From assembly GCA_963708025.1 (NCBI GenBank), contig CAVPSB010000025.1:160001-224000 (forward strand): a DNA stretch of 64,000 nt. The letters run 5' to 3'. Positions 57,464-64,000 of the stretch are shown piece by piece. A program made the translations under genes and the position numbers. Under the pieces are notes generated by a model. It was not told where the DNA came from. It ran no database searches and worked only from the letters and a program-made list of their open reading frames with translations. This stretch comes from an uncultured Candidatus Rokubacteria bacterium. GTDB lineage: Bacteria; Methylomirabilota; Methylomirabilia; Rokubacteriales; DASRDR01. The number at the start of each line of letters is the position of its first letter. Position 1 is the first letter of the stretch.

Positions 57464-58519
57464 ATGGCACCGACCCTCAGCGACAGGTGGCCCCTGGTAT
57501 CGATCGCGCTGGCATGCGCGCTCGTCGTCCTCGCCGCCGCTCCGGCCCCCGTCTCCGGCGCGGCGATCACCCTGCGCGCCGGCGCGTCCGACCCCGAGGG
57601 GACGACGGCGCCGGCCCTGGCCATCGGCAAGCTCTGCGAGCTGGCGACCAAGCTGAGCAACGGTGAGCTGGACGTCAAGCCGTTCTACCAGTCCCTCGGC
57701 GTGGAGCAGCAGCTCGCGGCCGCCGTCAAGTCCGGCAGCGTGGACATCGGCTACATCGCCGTCTCCAACGCTGCCCGCCTCACGGACGCCTTCCTCCAGT
57801 TCGACCTGCCGTTCCTCTTCAAGAACGACCGGGCCTACATGGACGTCCTGAAGAACCACCCGGCCGGGAAGAAGGCGGTGGCCCAGTTCGAGAAGGACCT
57901 GGGGGTCAAGGTCCTGCTGATCACGAGCCACACCTACGACGCGGACGTCAGCGGCACCGACCTGCAGACGCGGGATCGGCCGGTGAAGGTCCCGGCCGAC
58001 CTCAAGGGGCTGAAGATCCGCGTCACCAGCACCCCGGTCGAGATCGCCTTGATGAAGGCCTACGGCGCCAATCCCACGCCCGTGGACTGGGGCCAGCTCT
58101 ACCCCGCGCTCCAGCAGGGCGTGGTCGACGGCAACGCCGGGACCCCGCTCCCGCCCTACGCGGCGGTCAAGCTGTTCGAGGTCACCAAGTACTACGTGGC
58201 CATCGGCTTCCGGCACAACCTGCTGCCGGTCTACATGAACCAGAAGAAGTTCGACTCCCTCACGCCCGCCCAGCAGAAGGCCATCATGGACGCGGCCGCC
58301 CAGGTCGAGCCCCTGGCGGGGCAATGGGCCCGGGACAAGGTCAAGGACTCCATCGCGGCGACGGAAAAGGCCGGCGTTCGCATCTATCACCCCACCAAGG
58401 CCGAGATGGAGCAGTGGGTGGCGGTCCGGGACGCCGTCTGGCAGCAGGTCGGCGAGCAGTTCAAGGGCAAGGTCGACCTCGCCATCGCCAACGAGATCTT
58501 CAAGCTGAACGCGCGCTAG
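57464..58519 (+). CDS. dctP: TRAP transporter substrate-binding protein
   Basis: Signal peptide, FDLPFLF, DLKGLKIRV, LQQGVVDG. Confidence 0.9.
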   Translation: MAPTLSDRWPLVSIALACALVVLAAAPAPVSGAAITLRAGASDPEGTTAPALAIGKLCELATKLSNGELDVKPFYQSLGVEQQLAAAVKSGSVDIGYIAVSNAARLTDAFLQFDLPFLFKNDRAYMDVLKNHPAGKKAVAQFEKDLGVKVLLITSHTYDADVSGTDLQTRDRPVKVPADLKGLKIRVTSTPVEIALMKAYGANPTPVDWGQLYPALQQGVVDGNAGTPLPPYAAVKLFEVTKYYVAIGFRHNLLPVYMNQKKFDSLTPAQQKAIMDAAAQVEPLAGQWARDKVKDSIAATEKAGVRIYHPTKAEMEQWVAVRDAVWQQVGEQFKGKVDLAIANEIFKLNAR

Positions 58520-58612
58520 GCCGAGCGCCGGCAACCGCCCGGTCCCCGGGGGTGGCGCGGGAGCCGCCCGCGTCGCCCCCGGGCACCCGGCCATCGCGAG
58601 CGGAGGAAGGGC

Positions 58613-60514
58613 ATGGAGGCCATGGAGAGCGTCACGGCTCGGCCGGCCGCCGCGCCGTCCGCCTGGGGGCGATCCGTCGCGGCCCTGAGCGACGCCGTGG
58701 ACGGGGTCTCCACCCTGCTTTCGGTGATCGCCACCGTGGCGTTCGCCGTCATCGTCCTGCTGGGCGTCTTCTTCCGCTACGTCCTGAACGATTCCCTGGT
58801 GTGGACCGACGAGGTCGCGCTGGTCGTCTTCACCTGGGCGATGCTCCTGGCCATCGCCTCCGGCTACCTGCACGACAAGCACGTGAACCTGGACCTCCTC
58901 GTGCGGAAGCTGTCGGCCGCCTGGGGCGCTCGCACCCAGGTGGTGGCGGAAGGCCTGGCCCTCGGCTACCTGGTGGCGCTGACGGTCTCCGGCATCCAGG
59001 CGCTCGAGCCGGTGGGCGGGATGCACACGGACGCGCTCCGCTGGCCGCTGACGATCCCGTACGTGGCCATCCCGGTGGCGTGCCTGATCATGGATCTCCA
59101 CTGGGTGCGCCGCAACCTCCTGGCCGGGATCCGGGCCGCGGCCGTGGTCAAGCTGCTGATCGGGGGGGCGTTCTTCGTCCTGGTGATCCTCCCCTTCGGG
59201 CAGTACGTGCAGCTGACCGGCGTGCCCCGGGCCCTCGTGCTCCTCGCCGCCCTGTTCGGGCCCATGCTGATCGGGGTGCCGGTGGCGCTGTCGCTGGGAT
59301 TCATGGCCACCTTCTACATCGGCGCGCTCGGCGACGCCCCCTTCAACGTGGGGGCCATGCAGCTCTACAACGGGCTCAACCTGATCGCGCTGATGGCCAT
59401 CCCGATGCTCATCCTGGCCGGCAAGCTGATGCACGAGGCCGGCCTTGCCCAGTACATCGTGGACTTCGCCCAGGTGCTGGTGGGGCGCCTCCGCGGCGGG
59501 CTGGGGGCGGCCAACGTGGTGGCGAGCTTCCTGTTCGGGGACGTCTCGGGCTCCGCCGTCTCCGACACGGCGGCCATCGGCTCGGTGATGATCCCCCAGA
59601 TGAAGCAGCGGGGATACCAACCCGCGTTCTGCGCGGCGCTCCAGGCCACCGCCGGCACCCTCGGCATGATGGCGCCCCTGTCCATCACCATCCTGCTCTA
59701 CGCCAGCGCCACCAACGCCTCGGTCAGCCGGCTGGCGGCGGCGACGATCCTGCCGGCGCTCCTGCTGGCCGGGAGCTTCATGCTGGTGACCCTGGTCCAC
59801 GCCCGGCGCCACGACTACCCGCGGGAGCACGTGCCCCGTGCGTCGATCCTCCCGCGCGTCGCCCGGGCCCTGCCCGGGCTGTTCGCGCTCGTGCTCGTCC
59901 TCGGCGGCATCCTCGGCGGCGTCTTCACGCCGGCCGAGGTGGGCTCCGTGCTCCTTGCGTATGTGTTGATACTGTCGTTCTGCTACAAGACGGCCCAGCC
60001 GAAGCGGCTCTACCAGGCGGTGGTGGAGGCCGGCTACATCAGCGGGATGACGCTGTTCATGGCCGCCACCTCGTCGTTCCTCGGCTTCGTGATGGCGCGC
60101 GACCTGGTGTCCCAGCAGGTGGTGGACCTCGTCACTCAGGTCAGCTCCGACCGGTACGTGGTGATCTTCCTGGTCAGCCTGGTGTTCGTCGTGCTCGGGA
60201 TGATCCTGGAGCCCCCCGCCATGATCTTCGGCTTCCTCCCCACCTTCATGCCGCTCCTGGCCCGGGTCGGCGTGGACGTCGTCCACTGGGGGGTGCTCTT
60301 CTGCACCAACATGGGCCTGGGGTGCATCGTCCCGCCCGTCGCGCTGAACCTCTTCATCTCGACCCAGCTCGCCGGGGTGCGCTACGAGGCCGCGGTGCGG
60401 GCCACCATCCCGTTCATCATCATCATGATGATCGACCTGGCGATCATGGCAGTGTTCCCCGCCATCCCGCTGATGCTCCCCCACCTCCTGTTCGGCTACC
60501 CCCTGCCCAAGTGA
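58613..60514 (+). CDS. TRAP fused small+large permease (DctQM)
   Basis: N-terminal DctQ (RYVLNDSLVWTDE, HVNLD) plus DctM (LMAIP, SGSAVSDTAA, FTPAE, VPPV). Confidence 0.9.
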   Translation: MEAMESVTARPAAAPSAWGRSVAALSDAVDGVSTLLSVIATVAFAVIVLLGVFFRYVLNDSLVWTDEVALVVFTWAMLLAIASGYLHDKHVNLDLLVRKLSAAWGARTQVVAEGLALGYLVALTVSGIQALEPVGGMHTDALRWPLTIPYVAIPVACLIMDLHWVRRNLLAGIRAAAVVKLLIGGAFFVLVILPFGQYVQLTGVPRALVLLAALFGPMLIGVPVALSLGFMATFYIGALGDAPFNVGAMQLYNGLNLIALMAIPMLILAGKLMHEAGLAQYIVDFAQVLVGRLRGGLGAANVVASFLFGDVSGSAVSDTAAIGSVMIPQMKQRGYQPAFCAALQATAGTLGMMAPLSITILLYASATNASVSRLAAATILPALLLAGSFMLVTLVHARRHDYPREHVPRASILPRVARALPGLFALVLVLGGILGGVFTPAEVGSVLLAYVLILSFCYKTAQPKRLYQAVVEAGYISGMTLFMAATSSFLGFVMARDLVSQQVVDLVTQVSSDRYVVIFLVSLVFVVLGMILEPPAMIFGFLPTFMPLLARVGVDVVHWGVLFCTNMGLGCIVPPVALNLFISTQLAGVRYEAAVRATIPFIIIMMIDLAIMAVFPAIPLMLPHLLFGYPLPK

Positions 60515-60539
60515 CCCCGGTGACCCGAGGGAGGCGCCG

Positions 60540-60860
60540 ATGATCAAGGTCTTCTCGCTGCTGCGACGTCCCGAGGGCTGGAGCCGCGAGCGGTTCCACC
60601 GCTGGTGGCTGGAGGAGCACGTGCCCCTGGTGACGGGGCTCGCCGGCCTGCGGAAGTACCGGGTCTGCCTCGTCCAGGGCTCGACCACCCACGAGGGCCG
60701 CGAGCCGTGGGACGGCCTCGCCGAGCTCTGGTTCGACAGCCGGGCCGCCCTCGAAGCGGCGTGGTCGTCCGAGGCCGGGCTGGCGGCGGTGGGCCACTCG
60801 AAGGCCACCGTCAGCGACCGCCTGGTCCTGATCACCGAGGAGCACGCGATCCTCGGCTAG
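60540..60860 (+). CDS. EthD-family protein
   Basis: RRPEGWSRERFHRWWLEEHVPL, DGLAELWFDS. Confidence 0.85.
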   Translation: MIKVFSLLRRPEGWSRERFHRWWLEEHVPLVTGLAGLRKYRVCLVQGSTTHEGREPWDGLAELWFDSRAALEAAWSSEAGLAAVGHSKATVSDRLVLITEEHAILG

Positions 60861-60885
60861 GGCCGTCACCCCGAGATCCGCTCCT

Positions 60886-61008
60886 TCACACCGAGGCGCC
60901 ACACTCGACGATCGCCCGGACGGGTGTCCTCGTGCCGATGACGATGGGCTCGCCGCCGAGGATGGCGTCATCCCGGACGGTGTATGGATGCTCCGTAGCG
61001 ACGGTCAT
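60886..61008 (-). pseudogene. Truncated DUF433 antitoxin paralog
   Basis: MTVATEHPYTVRDDAILGGEPIVIGTRTPVRAIVE closely matches the N-terminus of 62243-62527, then frameshifts and stops. Confidence 0.75.
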
Positions 61009-61469
61009 CGCTGGGGCGCCTCGTCCGCGAGACGGAGCACCTCGCGGTAGAGGGCAGGACTCATGTGAAACTGTGCCTCACGCAACGCTGCCAGAAGTGG
61101 CTCGATACGTGGCAGCATCCCTTGCCGCTTGGCGAGCAGGAGCACTCCCAGCGTACCGATCACGGTCAGTCCCACGCCCCGAGCCAAGCCGCGTGCCTTC
61201 TTGTCATCCAGGATCACCCGGGCGTCTCCGAGTTCGAGGGCCAGGGCGATGGCTCCGGCCTCGCCGGCGCCGAGCTGGGTGGTTAGAAGCGTGAGCAGAG
61301 GAATATTGGTAGGAGCCTGGACCGTCAGCCAGGGCACGGCGGTCCTCAGCTCACTCCGGACGGCAGGCGGGGCGAAGACCTGAGCGATTACCCGAGGCAG
61401 AAAGTCGAGCCGTTCGATTCGTTCCAGGGCGATGACACAAGCGGTGTTGGTCACTGCCCGCTCGATCAA
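61005..61469 (-). CDS. DUF3368 PIN-like toxin
   Basis: VTNTACVIAL, LGAGEAGAIALA, ILDDKKAR, GTLGVLLLAKRQG. Confidence 0.85.
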   Translation of the reverse strand: MIERAVTNTACVIALERIERLDFLPRVIAQVFAPPAVRSELRTAVPWLTVQAPTNIPLLTLLTTQLGAGEAGAIALALELGDARVILDDKKARGLARGVGLTVIGTLGVLLLAKRQGMLPRIEPLLAALREAQFHMSPALYREVLRLADEAPQR

Positions 61470-61684
61470 TCTCCCGATTCCTCACGGAGCTCTTCAGCCG
61501 GGTAGTCGAACACCGGTACCCCGAGCTTGCCGAGGAGCTCCATGAAAGCCCGTGTCGAATATCCCGCCAGCTGGGCGGCCTGACCCAAGGAAAGCCGGCC
61601 GGTCTCGTAGAGCTTGACCATCAGCATCAATCGCGCTTCCTCGACCGGGACCTCTGGGGGGAGGTCCACTCTCAGCTCGCCCAT
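61466..61684 (-). CDS. UPF0175-family antitoxin
   Basis: KLYETGRLSLGQAAQLAG...FMELL; SD GAGGAGGTGA; coupled to DUF3368. Confidence 0.85.
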   Translation of the reverse strand: MGELRVDLPPEVPVEEARLMLMVKLYETGRLSLGQAAQLAGYSTRAFMELLGKLGVPVFDYPAEELREESGD

Positions 61685-61794
61685 CCAGTCCTCACCTCCT
61701 CGTAGCCGCCACCGGTCGGGCTGGCTCTTCGCCCGCTCGATCGACATTGGGGTGGGCCGGTCTGCGGATTGCCTCGTGTCTGCCTATTCTCGCA

Positions 61795-62127
61795 CGCCTC
61801 TCTCGTCGAAACGTCCCGGTACGTCCAGGCCGCCTGCGCCGCGATCTGGCCGCCGGCGGCGAGATCGAAGAACGTCGCCTCGCCGAAGCGCGGATGCCGG
61901 ACCGTGTGCCCGCTGGGCGCGAGCAGGTCGGTCCGGACGTCCGCCTCCGGGAAGTAGTAGACGGGCAGCCGGCCGGTCTCGCGCAGCAGCATCACGCGCT
62001 TGCTGTCGGCGACGGTCACGTGCCCGAGCTTCGCCCGCACCCAGCGCGGACTGGGCACCAGCTCGCTGCGCTGATCGGGCATGGAGGTGGCATCGACTCT
62101 GGCCTGGGCGAGCGGATCGAGCGGCAT
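61795..62127 (-). pseudogene. DUF427-family protein, apparently C-terminally truncated
   Basis: RWVRA, VADS, LLRETGRLPVYYFP, GEATFFD, AAWTY, after which similarity ends. Confidence 0.65.
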
Positions 62128-62242
62128 GCTGGTCCTCCTCACCTCGGATCTGCCACGACGAGACGGCGGTCACCGGTCGGGCAACCAGGAGCTGGTTCGC
62201 GAAATCCTCGGCGGCGAGACGGGTGAGCGTGCCGGGGGTCGG

Positions 62243-62527
62243 TCAGGCATCCGGACGGGTGAGTGGATGCGCGACGTCGTCCGGGATCGGGTTCCGGTCG
62301 ATGTATTTCTCGATCTCCGCTTGGTGGTGCGCGAAGTAGCTCAGCGCGTCCAGGACATGCTCGAGGGTCAGGTGAGCGAGATGGACGGGAATCTGTTCCG
62401 GTTTCAGCCCGCGGCGCCACAGCTCGACAACCGCTCGGACCGGTGTCCTCGTGCCCATGACGATGGGCTCGCCGCCGAGGATGGTGTCGTCGCGGACGAT
62501 GTACTGATGATCCGTCCCGACGGTCAT
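62243..62527 (-). CDS. DUF433-family antitoxin
   Basis: ILGGEPIVMGTRTPV, LTLEHVLDALSYF. Confidence 0.85.
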   Translation of the reverse strand: MTVGTDHQYIVRDDTILGGEPIVMGTRTPVRAVVELWRRGLKPEQIPVHLAHLTLEHVLDALSYFAHHQAEIEKYIDRNPIPDDVAHPLTRPDA

Positions 62528-62832
62528 GGTCGCCTCCGTGAATTGCGTGTTCCCGACTCTGCCGGCTAGTTTCTCACGGTTTTCCGCGGCGGCGAAGATT
62601 CAGCCGTGCCTCGCGGGTGGCGTCACTCATGGCGTGCGGTCGGGGGCCTCGTCCTTCGGACGGTCCGAGAAGGGGCAAAGGTCATGTTGGCCCATTCTAT
62701 GGTGTCTGCGACCCAGGGTAAGTGGGTCCGTGGCATCCAGGCGCACGGTTCCGGCAGGTAAGTGGCCAATACCGCTTGTATCGTCGCGGCAGCCTGTTAT
62801 GCTTGATGCGTTTCCCCCGAAAGGAGAAGGCA

Positions 62833-63117
62833 ATGGCCGGAGGCCCCTTCCTGAACATCAAGGCTCCGAAGGAGCTCTTGGAACGGCTGGACGACTATCG
62901 GTTCGCTACCCGAAAGCCCTCGCGGGCGGAGGCGGCGCGCGAGCTGCTGGACCGCGCCCTGAAGAGCTTCTTCGAGGTGTCCCGGGCCGAACCGGTCCGG
63001 CCTGGAGACCCGGATCATGCGCTGGTGCGCGCGCGGCGCCGCGAGCCGACTGAGCCCCTGCCGATCCGCGAGATCGAGGCCCGTCTCGCCCGGCTCAAGA
63101 AGACCCGCGCCGGGTGA
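62833..63117 (+). CDS. RHH/CopG-type antitoxin
   Basis: LNIKAPKELLERLDDYRF...SRAEAARELL; SD AAGGAG; GTGA overlap with the toxin. Confidence 0.75.
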   Translation: MAGGPFLNIKAPKELLERLDDYRFATRKPSRAEAARELLDRALKSFFEVSRAEPVRPGDPDHALVRARRREPTEPLPIREIEARLARLKKTRAG

Positions 63118-63377
63118 GACTCCGCATCCGCCGCCGGGCGAAGAAGGAGCTCCTCGATATCGACGACGACGTGACATTCTTCGCCGTGGTGCGGGCCATC
63201 CTCGACCTCGAAGCGACACCGCGGCCACGCGGATACGACCGGGTCGAGGGACGGGACGAGGCGTACCGGATCTGGGTCGGCCGTGACTGGCGGGTGCTCT
63301 ACTCGCTCGACCCCGAGCGAGACGAGGTGATCATCGAGGCCGTGCGGCGGAAGGACGAGGGAACCTACCGGCGCTGA
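63114..63377 (+). CDS. RelE/ParE-family toxin
   Basis: IRRRAKKEL, PRPRG, YRIWVGRDWRVLYS, VRRKDEGTY. Confidence 0.82.
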   Translation: MRLRIRRRAKKELLDIDDDVTFFAVVRAILDLEATPRPRGYDRVEGRDEAYRIWVGRDWRVLYSLDPERDEVIIEAVRRKDEGTYRR

Positions 63378-63627
63378 AGGCGCTCCGACGACCCCGCAGC
63401 TGCCGCCCCGCTGTGACACTCCGGCGCCTGGCTTCCGGGGCCGGGTGCCGCTGACTTGCCAGCCCTCAGGGTTGGCCCTATGATGCCGGGCCATGGGGAG
63501 GGCCGTCCCTCCGTCTCGGCGGGACCGTCAGGTGGTCAGGGTTCTCGGGATCCTGAAGCTGCTCGCCGAGGGTTCGCGCCCGCACACTTCACAAAGCTGG
63601 CCGCCGAGTGTTCCGTCGAGGCCGGCA

Positions 63628-64000
63628 TCACGAGCTCTCGGAATCGTCCGACTCGCCGCTGCTCGACGGCGACCAGATTCGCCCTTCGAGCAGCTCGACC
63701 GGGTCGGCCACGCGCCCCAGCGCACGCAGCACGTCCGCGTGCAGCGCCATCTCGGCGGCCGAGACGGCGGCATCGAAGGCATCCTCACAGGACGCGGCGC
63801 GCTCGATCAGCGGCTCGCCGAAGCTGAACCGGCCGTGCACGCGCTCCTGATACCTGAGAAGGTAGGATTGCCGAGCTCCGGGATCGCTCTTGGTCACCGC
63901 GCCGGTCAGCAGGCGGGGAAAGATCTCGACGACGTGAGCGGCGCTGGCCTCGTCGAAGGGCCAGATCGTGAAGCCGAGCTCGCGGAGCCGCGACAGGAAC
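63628..64000 (-). CDS. DUF429-like (RNase H fold) protein, 5' end outside the window
   Basis: GFTIWPFD, VVEIFPR, EDAFDAAVSA. Confidence 0.6.
   Translation of the reverse strand, partial: FLSRLRELGFTIWPFDEASAAHVVEIFPRLLTGAVTKSDPGARQSYLLRYQERVHGRFSFGEPLIERAASCEDAFDAAVSAAEMALHADVLRALGRVADPVELLEGRIWSPSSSGESDDSESS

Noticed and set aside
17809-60835. Many long antisense or alternate-frame ORFs (e.g. 17809-20616, 20036-22696, 22350-26543, 57314-60835)
   Set aside because: Shadow ORFs of strongly GC3-biased genes; Arg/Pro/Gly-rich, with no recognisable motifs
63378-63627. Possible ncRNA or riboswitch in the hairpin-rich gap after relE
   Set aside because: Only generic GC hairpins; no recognisable conserved motif

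Overview
Very GC-rich bacterial chromosome segment. The gene content (many TRAP/ABC solute-binding proteins, LLM/SDR/cupin enzymes, dense palindromic intergenic repeats) resembles Candidatus Rokubacteria/Methylomirabilota; this is inference only. 1-23.5 kb is mostly housekeeping: ruvCAB, DUF2905, SpoIID/LytB, csaA, queA-tgt-yajC-secD-secF, relA/spoT, rpmB, recG-rsmD-coaD, an aminotransferase and a Clp1-like kinase. 23.5-61 kb is accessory transport and catabolism. 60.9-63.4 kb is a toxin-antitoxin cluster. Several genes carry single-base frameshifts that look like sequencing indels. Most notable observations: (1) three 11-12 aa Lys-rich micro-ORFs, each with a strong Shine-Dalgarno (SD) site, at exact 111-bp spacing behind an orphan AbiEi-like regulator that is divergent from a GNAT-like protein; (2) a dispersed C-rich/G-rich hairpin element at gene junctions that ends in an SD and leaves ruvB, csaA and queA without a canonical downstream start codon; (3) a decayed integron (attC plus intI fragment); (4) a Crp-family regulator with an NtcA-type recognition helix beside two GTA-N8-TAC boxes with NtcA-like promoter geometry. 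No rRNA, tRNA or CRISPR array was found. All family assignments come from motif recognition by eye, not database searches.
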